From an uncultured Desulfobacteraceae bacterium (GTDB lineage: Bacteria > Desulfobacterota > Desulfobacteria > Desulfobacterales > CAZWAE01), in contig CAZWAE010000001.1 of NCBI GenBank assembly GCA_964631805.1, positions 190 to 64,189 of the forward strand: a stretch of 64,000 nt of DNA. The letters run 5' to 3'. Of this stretch, positions 46,877 to 55,600 are shown piece after piece. The translations under genes and the position numbers were made by a program. The first letter of the stretch is position 1; each line of letters starts with the position of its first letter. A model generated the notes under the pieces. It saw only the letters and a program-made list of their open reading frames with translations. It was not told where the DNA came from and did not search any database.

Positions 46877-47062
46877 TTACAACACACACTTCGTATACCC
46901 AGGCATATATTCCGGAACAATTTCTTTGAATTTATCTCGTATCCCACACCCATCTTGTTTACTCGCTAACCTATAGAAGTCCTCGATTCCAGCGAACAGC
47001 AACTTCCTGAAGGTTTCCTGATCCCCGTGTCCGTTGAAATGGTCACCGGTCCGGAAGATCTC
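46877..47062 (-). pseudogene. CapD-like C-terminal fragment, copy 3 (shortest)
   Basis: The minus strand reads EIFRTGDHFNGHGDQETFRKLLFAGIEDFYRLASKQDGCGIRDKFKEIVPEYMPGYTKCVL*, collinear with the last ~60 residues of copy 1. Confidence 0.65.
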
Positions 47063-47184
47063 TCCTTTTCCGAATCCACAGTTCCGGCTGATCCGTTAAA
47101 ATATTATCTGTACATCTTGCCACAACTTATGCTATTCCACGACAAATATAACAATTTACATGTATATTGACGGAGTTCAAATAA

Positions 47185-48348
47185 ATGTACAAAAGAATCC
47201 TCTGTTTGCCTGAAACGCCTCGAAAGAGCTTTTTCCTTTGGGGCCCCCGTCAAACGGGAAAAACCACTCTGCTGAAATCGCATTATCCTGATGCTTTCCG
47301 AATCGACCTGCTTAAAACCGATGAATTGGTGCGCTACGCGAAGAATCCATCCCGTCTGCGGGAAGAGGTTACAGCGCTTTCAGCTGAAACATTGATCGTA
47401 ATCGACGAAATTCAGAAAGCCCCCGCTCTCCTGGACGAAATTCATTACATGATTCAGGAGAAACGAAGTGTTTTCGCAATGTGCGGCTCGAGTGCAAGAA
47501 AAGTTAGACACGGCCACGCAAACCTGTTGGGCGGACGCGCCATGCGATACGAACTGTTTGGGCTGGTTTCGGAAGAGCTTGCCGAAGACTTTTCCATTGG
47601 TCATTTCGTCAACACGGGTCCGCTTCCTGAACACTACGGGGCCGAATCCCCCCACCTGGCGCTCCGCTCCTATGTTGAGGATTATCTGCGCGAAGAAATT
47701 CTGCAGAAGGGTCTGACACGCCGGTTGCCTTTGTTTTCCGACTTTCTCCGAGTGGCAGCTATCGGAGACACAGAAACGGTGAACATGTCCAACATCGCCC
47801 GGGAGACGGGAATCGCGGTCTCAACGGTCCGGGATCATTTTGGAATACTGGTAGATACCCTGATCGGTGCGTTTCTTCCGGCTTTTACGTTGCGTCCCAA
47901 ACGCCGCACTATCCAGGCCCCCAAATTTTATTTCAGGGATCTGGGAGTGGTTAACCATCTGGCAAGACGAGGTATCGTCAGGCCTGGTTCTGAGCTATTC
48001 GGAAAAGCCTTTGAAAACTGGCTGTTTCACGAGATCTCCGCTCATACTCGATACAGCGAATTGTTTTATGATATTTCGCACTGGCGGCTTTCCAGCGGTA
48101 TTGAAGTTGACTTCATTCTGGGCCCCGGTGCCATCGCCATCGAGGCAAAAGGCAAGCATCGCATTACCACCAGCGACACAAAGGGGCTTCTTAATTTCAA
48201 AAAAGATTTCCCTTCGGTCAAGCAACTGCTCATCCTCAGTCTTGAGGAACGGCCACGGCTCACTAAAGATGGCGTCCACATCCTGCCTCACAGGAAATTC
48301 GCCAAATCTCTTTGGCAGGGAAAATGGAATTCAGATCTTGCTCAGTAG
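47185..48348 (+). CDS. AAA+ ATPase, AAA_14/DUF4143 family (second, divergent)
   Basis: 387 aa with Walker A GPRQTGKTT, Walker B LIVIDEIQ and a C-terminal DUF4143-like region. Confidence 0.85.
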   Translation: MYKRILCLPETPRKSFFLWGPRQTGKTTLLKSHYPDAFRIDLLKTDELVRYAKNPSRLREEVTALSAETLIVIDEIQKAPALLDEIHYMIQEKRSVFAMCGSSARKVRHGHANLLGGRAMRYELFGLVSEELAEDFSIGHFVNTGPLPEHYGAESPHLALRSYVEDYLREEILQKGLTRRLPLFSDFLRVAAIGDTETVNMSNIARETGIAVSTVRDHFGILVDTLIGAFLPAFTLRPKRRTIQAPKFYFRDLGVVNHLARRGIVRPGSELFGKAFENWLFHEISAHTRYSELFYDISHWRLSSGIEVDFILGPGAIAIEAKGKHRITTSDTKGLLNFKKDFPSVKQLLILSLEERPRLTKDGVHILPHRKFAKSLWQGKWNSDLAQ

Positions 48349-48351
48349 TTC

Positions 48352-48526
48352 ACAAGCTTTACCAGATCCCTGCCCCCCCCATTCACTTCTCACCAGCTTA
48401 TCAGTTCAATAACTCAGTAGCTCTTTTCCTGCTCGCTACCTGCCCAGCAAAATTTATCCTGTGAAACCTTTTTGTCGCTGTTTCTCTGGAACCCGTTTTT
48501 GTCATTGTTTCACCGGGGCTCACTAC
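48352..48526. repeat. degenerate periodic tract plus hairpin downstream of Wzy_C-TPR paralog 3
   Basis: ttcacttctcaccagcttatcagttcaataactcagtagctc..., with the hairpin cctgtgaaac...gtttcaccgggg at 48458-48518. Confidence 0.65.
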
Positions 48527-50881
48527 TCACATCTTTTTATTTTTTATATACTTCTCCACCTCATCCTTAAGCCCATCATGCCCCGCCGGCAAAATGCCCA
48601 GTACCGCAGATCTGTTCGGATAATAGTTCCAGATTTGATCCACGGCTGTGAGCACCTTTTTTTTATCTGTTTTAATCTCAAAAGAGTTCCGGAACAATTC
48701 CTGGAACTTTATGATCGCCGCCTTATTGCTTGCCACAACCCCACTCCGATGTTTGTCCTTATTTGTTTCGGAAAAGTGCGTCGACCGCCAAACCCAGTAC
48801 CAGGCTGCATTGTACAAAATGCCCGGTCTTCTTGGCGCACAGCGCACCGCCTGCTCAAGACACCGGTCCGCCGCCGGCAGCCAATTTGTAGAATGGTTTT
48901 CTGAATCGTAGTTTTTATAGGAATAACGGTACCCCAAATCATGCCAATAATTGGCCTCCGCCGGATTGCAGCGCAGCGCATTTTCAAGGCTTTCAATGAC
49001 ATGCTCGTTGATTTCCCGGCGTTGTTTCTCATCAGCAGCGGGAGTTTTCATGTAGTGGAGGGCCTTCTTGTGATGGTATTTGGCGTTGAAAGGATTCAAC
49101 CTGATGGCCGCCTCGATATCAGGAAGGTCCGGGTCATAGTTCAGGTTCAGGGTAGAATTCCACTCTGTGGCGCAATGGGCTTCAGCCAGGAAGTGTCTGA
49201 CGGAGGCAGTCATCAGGAGGCAGTAAACTGGAATAATCAATACCGTCAAAATTAGGCGGCGCAAAGGCGTCAACCGAACACGCCTTACCCGGTACATGAA
49301 TCGTTCGCGACGCCCCTTTCGGTACCGGTGAACCGCTGAGTACCCGATAGCGGCAATGGCGGCAAGGGTCATCGGATTGGCCGGGACCCGCATATTGAGT
49401 TCAACATAGCTGTGAATGCCGATGGAGATAATACCGGCCACCGCGCCCGCACCGATCCCCACGGCGAAAGGGTCGCGGCGTCTATACCAGACGCGGAGCA
49501 TCCGGATTATAAAAAAAACCGTTCCGACCAGCACGAGAATCAACCCCATGATACCGAGTTCTGCCCCCAATGTAACCCAGTCATTGTGTAAATATCCGGC
49601 TCCTAATTCATTAAATAGGGCCGTTGGCGCATAGCGGGTGTATAACGATGGCAGCACCCCCATCCCCAAACCGGTAAACGGATAATCGTATATCATTGGG
49701 GCAGCCACCAGTGTTTCCATCATCCTCTTTTCAAATTGTCCCTCTATCATTTTGAATTTAGCTAAGGTTCGATCAATACCAGTGCTATACCCATAGGCAA
49801 AAATGATAAGGCAAATGGCCGACGCCATTACAGCCTTCTTACGATAACGCTGTTTTGTTATAAAAATTAGGCATACTAGTAGCATTGTGACCAAAGCCGC
49901 CAGAATCCCCCCCCTTGAGGCAGACTGGAGTAAAGCAACGCCAACAGTTACGGAAATATACAAAAAAAGGGCCAACTGGATAAATGAGGTATTTGACAAA
50001 TACTGATACAGTTTTTTCTTAATCCCTTCGACAGATGTCGAATGTTCAGGTAGGATTTGTGACGCTTTCTCACGCAGGGCTACAAGGTAACCAAATCCAA
50101 GAAAAACGATCAATTCCATGTAACCGGCGAAATGATTGGATCCAATAAAGGTTCCGCTAGCCCATCCCTCAACTCCGATTCGACTCGGCCACCACCACAC
50201 ATACGGTCTGGGACTGAACACCTGGTAAATGGCATAGACCGCCTCGAAACAGCCCACCATCAGCAGGGCAACTACCAGCACCTCCATTCGTTTTCTAGTA
50301 TTGGCCGTATTGAGCACTAAAAAAAACAGTGCCGTATAAGTGGCCATCTTGAGCCATTCGATACCTGTGGCATGCTGGTTGTATGTCAGGGGTATCCAGT
50401 CTGAAAATAACCGGTCCGGATGGGTATCCCGCGCCAGGAGTTCCAAAAGCGGCGCTTTATCCGTAGCGGTTTCCGGAGACAAAAACGCAACCAGCTCCAT
50501 CGGTAGGGGAACGGTCTGAAGTATCCCAATCAGTAAAAAAGCAAGAATGAACCCGTCGAGAGGCGTCCGCGCCCATGACCATTCCATCTGCTGTCGTGAT
50601 AAAATTTTGTCCAGCAGATACAACAACCCCAACGAGAACACGCCGATTTGAACTAACGTATACGCCCACACGTGGCTCAAACCGAAGGCCAGCGGTGCAA
50701 ATACAAGCAAAGCAATTATACCGCCAATAACAATCCGGTCGACAGTCACCTGCCCGGGCTTGGAGGTCTTGATTTTTTTACGGTGTTTGGAAATCGAAGA
50801 AAATCCAGAAAAATAGAGGACAATAAGCAATATAGAGCGTTTAAACGCATCTACGGGGAGGAGGTATTGGACCGGCGTCAA
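48527..50881 (-). CDS. Wzy_C (O-antigen ligase/polymerase-like) membrane protein with C-terminal TPR domain, paralog 3 (intact)
   Basis: 784 aa with the same architecture as 35876-38125 (SASRGGIL...GLGMGVL...GYLHNDWVTLGAELG) and a TPR-like C-terminus. High DNA identity to pseudogene 39359-41139. Confidence 0.8.
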   Translation of the reverse strand: MTPVQYLLPVDAFKRSILLIVLYFSGFSSISKHRKKIKTSKPGQVTVDRIVIGGIIALLVFAPLAFGLSHVWAYTLVQIGVFSLGLLYLLDKILSRQQMEWSWARTPLDGFILAFLLIGILQTVPLPMELVAFLSPETATDKAPLLELLARDTHPDRLFSDWIPLTYNQHATGIEWLKMATYTALFFLVLNTANTRKRMEVLVVALLMVGCFEAVYAIYQVFSPRPYVWWWPSRIGVEGWASGTFIGSNHFAGYMELIVFLGFGYLVALREKASQILPEHSTSVEGIKKKLYQYLSNTSFIQLALFLYISVTVGVALLQSASRGGILAALVTMLLVCLIFITKQRYRKKAVMASAICLIIFAYGYSTGIDRTLAKFKMIEGQFEKRMMETLVAAPMIYDYPFTGLGMGVLPSLYTRYAPTALFNELGAGYLHNDWVTLGAELGIMGLILVLVGTVFFIIRMLRVWYRRRDPFAVGIGAGAVAGIISIGIHSYVELNMRVPANPMTLAAIAAIGYSAVHRYRKGRRERFMYRVRRVRLTPLRRLILTVLIIPVYCLLMTASVRHFLAEAHCATEWNSTLNLNYDPDLPDIEAAIRLNPFNAKYHHKKALHYMKTPAADEKQRREINEHVIESLENALRCNPAEANYWHDLGYRYSYKNYDSENHSTNWLPAADRCLEQAVRCAPRRPGILYNAAWYWVWRSTHFSETNKDKHRSGVVASNKAAIIKFQELFRNSFEIKTDKKKVLTAVDQIWNYYPNRSAVLGILPAGHDGLKDEVEKYIKNKKM

Positions 50882-51123
50882 ATTCCTCGATTGGGTGAGG
50901 GCAAAAATATCATAGAATGTTTAGTGATGGTATTCACCTTACCGTCGTGAAAATTTGAAGCAGCATGAATGTTTGATTCTTAATTCTCCTGAAGACACTA
51001 CTCATTGCTGGCACTAACTTCCGACAGGTGATGCCTTCTGGACAAAAAATCGTGTTTCACGTCCGGTGATTCGGGACCACCGCCCATCCTCACTTTAGAA
51101 TTGGATGGACCGCCATCATCCTC

Positions 51124-51684
51124 TCATTGTCCTTTCAGCCCATTCTCGGATTTGATATATCTTCTCAAACAAACATGGCACCTCAAGTCGTTTGGCAATG
51201 TTTCACCACATTCGCAGACCCAACCGATCTGTTTGGCAGGATTTCCCGCTACAAGTGCATAGTCCTGGACATTCTGGTTGACGACTGTGCCGGCACCGAC
51301 AAAGGCATATCGTCCTATGGTTGCACCGCAAATGACAGTGCAGTTCGCACCGAGCGTAGCACCATGCTTGACCAATGTCGGACGCACCTGGTCCATTTTG
51401 CGGATCTCGGCTCTGGGATTATAGATATTGGTAAAAACCATAGATGGTCCGCAAAAGACCCCGTCTTGCAGGGTTACCCCTTTATAAACAGATACGTTAT
51501 TTTGAATTTTACACTGATTTCCAATCGTCACATCAGGGCCTACAACAACATTTTGTCCGAGGTTACAGTTTTCGCCAATGACCGATCCGGAAAGAATATG
51601 TGAAAAATGCCATATTTTAGTGCCTTCACCGATTTTGCAGCCCTTATCGATAATGGCGGTTTCGTGGATCTGTGGGGATAGCAT
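51124..51684 (-). CDS. left-handed beta-helix N-acetyltransferase, WbpD/WlbB-like
   Basis: 186 aa with hexapeptide repeats and the motif [34 protein letters not shown]. Adjacent to a WbpB-like dehydrogenase. Confidence 0.8.
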   Translation of the reverse strand: MLSPQIHETAIIDKGCKIGEGTKIWHFSHILSGSVIGENCNLGQNVVVGPDVTIGNQCKIQNNVSVYKGVTLQDGVFCGPSMVFTNIYNPRAEIRKMDQVRPTLVKHGATLGANCTVICGATIGRYAFVGAGTVVNQNVQDYALVAGNPAKQIGWVCECGETLPNDLRCHVCLRRYIKSENGLKGQ

Positions 51685-51696
51685 AATGACTCACTT

Positions 51697-52665
51697 TCAG
51701 CTTTTCAAACGGTGACAGAAGGGATGACATTCTCCTTTCAACCCAACTGGCGTCGAATGAAAGATATGATTCACGATTTCAATACTAGGCCTGGCCTCTA
51801 ACAAGCCAAATCCACGCCCAGCCAGTATTTCTCGGTAGCTATGGGTATGAAGGTCGTTGAAGCCGTTTGAAAATTCTATTTCCTCATCGTCTATCGTAAT
51901 TGAGCGATAGGTCCTTAAATCCCGGTCAATCGCCTCACTTGGTAGATGTTTGGCATTGACGCTTAAAAACCAGCGAACCCTGGCATGTGCCAGGCCCAAA
52001 AAACCGGCGGCAGTGTCTGGTTCATGCACATGAACAATATTTTCACGCACCGGTCCGAATATCCAACTAAGCACGTCAAAAAAATGAATGCCAATGTTTG
52101 TGGCAATACCTCCGGATTTCTTAGGATCTCCTTTCCAGCTTATGAAATACCACCTGCCTCTCGAGGTCAAATAAGTTAAATCGATATCATAAGTCTTAGC
52201 AGGATTTTGAATAAGCTCTTCCGCAATGGTTTTTCTTAATTTCATAAGGCTCGGATGAAGTCTGAGCTGTAAGATATTCCATATTTTATAACCATATTCA
52301 TTTTCGAGTTCTTCGAGGGCATCCAGGTTCCAGGGTCTTAACACAAGGGGTTTCTCACAGATTGCATGCGCCTTGATTCGTAGGGCAAATCTGATATGGG
52401 CATCGTGCAGGTAATTTGGTGAACATATGGTTACGTATTCCAGGCCCGCATCCTTGCGGCGTAGCTTTTCAGCATGCCGGTCGAAACGCTCGAACTCTGT
52501 AAAAAAAGAGGCTTCCGGAAAATAGCTGTCAATAATTCCTACGGAATCGTTAGGGTCTAACGCTGAAACCATCTTGTTACCGGTTTCCGCGATAGCCTTC
52601 ATATGGCGAGGGGCAACATATCCACCAGCACCTATAAGAGCAAAGTTTTTTGGGCGAACCATCAT
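51697..52665 (-). CDS. Gfo/Idh/MocA oxidoreductase, WbpB/WlbA-like
   Basis: 322 aa with N-terminal Rossmann FALIGAGGYVAPRHMKAI and ICEKP motifs, collinear with UDP-GlcNAcA 3-dehydrogenases. Confidence 0.8.
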   Translation of the reverse strand: MMVRPKNFALIGAGGYVAPRHMKAIAETGNKMVSALDPNDSVGIIDSYFPEASFFTEFERFDRHAEKLRRKDAGLEYVTICSPNYLHDAHIRFALRIKAHAICEKPLVLRPWNLDALEELENEYGYKIWNILQLRLHPSLMKLRKTIAEELIQNPAKTYDIDLTYLTSRGRWYFISWKGDPKKSGGIATNIGIHFFDVLSWIFGPVRENIVHVHEPDTAAGFLGLAHARVRWFLSVNAKHLPSEAIDRDLRTYRSITIDDEEIEFSNGFNDLHTHSYREILAGRGFGLLEARPSIEIVNHIFHSTPVGLKGECHPFCHRLKS

Positions 52666-52796
52666 TTAAACTCCAACAGTTCGATAAATTTGAGGTTATT
52701 GTTTGGGAAATTTCACATCACATCGCACCGATTATCCCAACCAATAATCTATATGGGCAATTGTTCTGATATTCTGACAAATTAGATCTCAAAAAA

Positions 52797-54758
52797 CTAT
52801 CGACTCCGGGCACCCTTTAAAGAAATATTGTAGACTATTTTTAAGAAATATGTACACTGTGTTTTCAAGGGGTTCTTCATGTATTTCTGAATATATTTTT
52901 CCTCAGAAACACATATTTCTTCGATGGTTTTCGGCATATCAGCGTAAAACGGGGGAAGCAAGCCGGGTTTCACGCGTTCCCGCAACTCCACCAATTTTTC
53001 GTCGTACAGGCATATATATTGAGAACTCAAAGGTCTGATTCCGACAATCTGTAGATCCCCTCTGAGCCAGTTGTAAAACATGGGTAGTTCATCCAGCCAG
53101 AATTTTCTCATGAACTTACCCCATTCGGTCACCCGGAAATCGTTGTTGAACTTACCCCCCTCCTGAAGCTTTTGGGTGGCATAAATATAATCCTGCAGGA
53201 ATTCAGAATAGGGGTACATTGTCCTGAACTTGTACACCGATATTGGAAGGCCGTTCAAACCCGTCCGGGTCAGCTTGATTAAAGGGCCGTAGGAAGGGTC
53301 GGTTTCATGGGAAATGGTTTTCATTTTTCTGGTGACAAAATATACACTCCCCTCATACTCCTCCTCGCCCAGTATCTCGAATCCGCAGAAACTGAGCCGG
53401 CCCAGCAGCTCTGCCTTTGAAATCATCCGGTTTCTGCCCCGAGTAACGGCAAAATAGAATTTCTTTACAACAGGGAGTTTGGGTATGATACGAAAAATAA
53501 GAAAATGTAACGCATACAGAAAGCTCGGGAAATAACCGTCATACAGATCAAAAAAGACCTTACGGTGGGCAGCTTTGGTCTTTGCGAAACCAACAAAATA
53601 CCCCCCGTTCAGCATTTTCTGATGAACCTCGATGAAATAGCGATTGATCCGGCGGATGTCATTGATTTTTTGCAGGTTCACCAACAATTCAACGGAATGC
53701 TGATCACGGATTTTCATACTCATGATGTCATTTGAATTCATGAAATGTGTCCGGTTCTCATCTATGTGCTCCAACTTGATGGCCTTATCCATGAAGCCGA
53801 AAAGCCAGGGGTTGAAAAATTCAAGGACCGTTTTGACCTTCCCCCTTACAGGTTTGATCTCTTCATGTTCCTTAGGAAACGCCTCCACATTCAGATGTGT
53901 CTGGAGGAGGCTCTTCTTCAGGTGTTTAAGCAGTTCGATGTCATCTCCACCGGCTTTCTCTTTTTTCATACCGGCATAAATAAAATAGAGCAACACCTCA
54001 CAGATGAGAGTAAACATTGCAGTTCCGAATACTTGCGTTCTCGAATAAAACTGCAGCCGCATGGCGAACAGAATGATGGACATAACGCAGGAAACAAACA
54101 CAGTCGTTTTAAGACATGCTGCGATAGCATTGAAATAATGCCAGGCGGTATCCTTATCGTATTTCCGTGTCAGGAATGACAAAACGACCCAGATGCTGGC
54201 GTAAAAAAACAATAGTTTTGCATAGGGGGTTGTTAAATACATCTCTCCAGACTTTAAGAAATTGATGATAAAAAAGCCGGCGTTGAATAGAGAGAAGTCC
54301 GCGATCAGCAGACGCGCCGATATCCTCTGGGGTTTTACTTCCCCTTTCTTCTCACTCAGGGTATCAGCCGAATGGGACCCTTTTCCCCGATGGTACAGCC
54401 AGCAGAGAATGCACTCCAGCATTAGGAATATAACGAAGGTCCCGAAGATGTGAATTCTTGAGAGGGCGAAAGCGCCGTCAATGACGACGACGAGGCATGT
54501 AAAATAGCAGATGAAAAACGTCGAGTTCAGCAGGGCCTTCCAACCGGCACCGTAGATCGCATATGTTTCGATTTGAAATTTTTTTAAGCCTATAGAGAAG
54601 GTGAACCACAAAAACAACAGGAGACACCACAGATCGACGTAAAAGGAGGCCGTCAAGACAATGGTCCCGTTTTTCCAGTAATTCATCGTGAAAAAGGAGC
54701 CGTTGAGCAGGAAAAAATCTATCAGGAACAGGAATGATGGCCGTGGTCGGAAATTCAT
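52797..54758 (-). CDS. polyprenyl-phosphate glycosyl-phosphotransferase (bacterial sugar transferase family) with extended N-terminal membrane region
   Basis: The C-terminal domain EWGKFMRKFWLDELPMFYNWLRGDLQIVGIRPL is the Bac_transf signature. Eight or more N-terminal TM helices and a ~150-aa cytoplasmic insert precede it. Confidence 0.8.
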   Translation of the reverse strand: MNFRPRPSFLFLIDFFLLNGSFFTMNYWKNGTIVLTASFYVDLWCLLLFLWFTFSIGLKKFQIETYAIYGAGWKALLNSTFFICYFTCLVVVIDGAFALSRIHIFGTFVIFLMLECILCWLYHRGKGSHSADTLSEKKGEVKPQRISARLLIADFSLFNAGFFIINFLKSGEMYLTTPYAKLLFFYASIWVVLSFLTRKYDKDTAWHYFNAIAACLKTTVFVSCVMSIILFAMRLQFYSRTQVFGTAMFTLICEVLLYFIYAGMKKEKAGGDDIELLKHLKKSLLQTHLNVEAFPKEHEEIKPVRGKVKTVLEFFNPWLFGFMDKAIKLEHIDENRTHFMNSNDIMSMKIRDQHSVELLVNLQKINDIRRINRYFIEVHQKMLNGGYFVGFAKTKAAHRKVFFDLYDGYFPSFLYALHFLIFRIIPKLPVVKKFYFAVTRGRNRMISKAELLGRLSFCGFEILGEEEYEGSVYFVTRKMKTISHETDPSYGPLIKLTRTGLNGLPISVYKFRTMYPYSEFLQDYIYATQKLQEGGKFNNDFRVTEWGKFMRKFWLDELPMFYNWLRGDLQIVGIRPLSSQYICLYDEKLVELRERVKPGLLPPFYADMPKTIEEICVSEEKYIQKYMKNPLKTQCTYFLKIVYNISLKGARSR

Positions 54759-54784
54759 GATAATGTAATCGGAATACGTCTACA

Positions 54785-55600
54785 TCAATGGAATAAACAG
54801 CGTTGACGGTGTATCCATTTTATTATGCGCCCCAACCTGAATGTCAACGCCTCTCTAAATGTCGGTGTGGTATTGTAGGTTGCGTGACGGTCCGAATTTG
54901 CAATCACATCAAAATCTCCCTTTTCGATTACTGCCAGGGCTTTCAACATGGCATAAGGAGCAATTTCGTAATTTTTTTTGACGATGGCGTGGATATCATC
55001 CCGTTCATCTATTTCGAATCTTTCCTGAACGACGATATCGCCGTCATCAATACCTTCCGTTAAAAAATGGATGGAGACGCCGGTTTCCTGTTCACCGTGG
55101 TACAACACCCAAAAAGGGGTCAACCGCCCCCGGTTCTTGGGTAGTAGTGCGTTGTGTCGATTCAGCACACCCATTTTCGGGATGTCCAGCAATTTTTTTT
55201 TAATGATGTTCTGGGATTGATTAATAATGATATCCGGTTGGATTTCCTCGATTTTCCGAATAAACACATCATCGATGGCATTGATCCAGTAGGTAGCTAT
55301 ACCTAATTGTGAAGCATACTCTATAATGGCGGATGATCGATAGAAACGGCATGTTGACGAAAACCGGTTTTTCAACTTATTCCCCATGGAAATGCAGACC
55401 GATCGGAAAAAATAAGGAAACCCCATAATCAGCAACAGGGATACCAGATAGACACTTTTGGAGCGTTTCGGCCCGATGGTCAGACGACTGCCGTCCGTCA
55501 CGGCAACCCCAACGATGTCCTTTTTCCTGGCTTTGATAATTTTCTTTATAAACGGATTGGTATAGACGGGTTCGTCCATTGTCAGGATAAAAATTTTCAA
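54785..55600 (-). CDS. formyltransferase-family protein
   Basis: NRHNALLPKNRGRLTPFWVLYHGEQETGVSIHFLTEGIDDGDIV matches the HxSLLPxxRG...TG.T.H...D.G.I formyl-transferase core. Confidence 0.75.
   Translation of the reverse strand: MKIFILTMDEPVYTNPFIKKIIKARKKDIVGVAVTDGSRLTIGPKRSKSVYLVSLLLIMGFPYFFRSVCISMGNKLKNRFSSTCRFYRSSAIIEYASQLGIATYWINAIDDVFIRKIEEIQPDIIINQSQNIIKKKLLDIPKMGVLNRHNALLPKNRGRLTPFWVLYHGEQETGVSIHFLTEGIDDGDIVVQERFEIDERDDIHAIVKKNYEIAPYAMLKALAVIEKGDFDVIANSDRHATYNTTPTFREALTFRLGRIIKWIHRQRCLFH

Noticed and set aside
25816-48526. Whether the periodic tracts could be CRISPR arrays, or a DGR (given the Avd-family genes).
   Set aside because: There is no constant repeat with unique spacers, since the units are 7-8 nt and degenerate. 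No cas genes, reverse transcriptase or template/variable repeat pair with A-specific differences is visible in the window.
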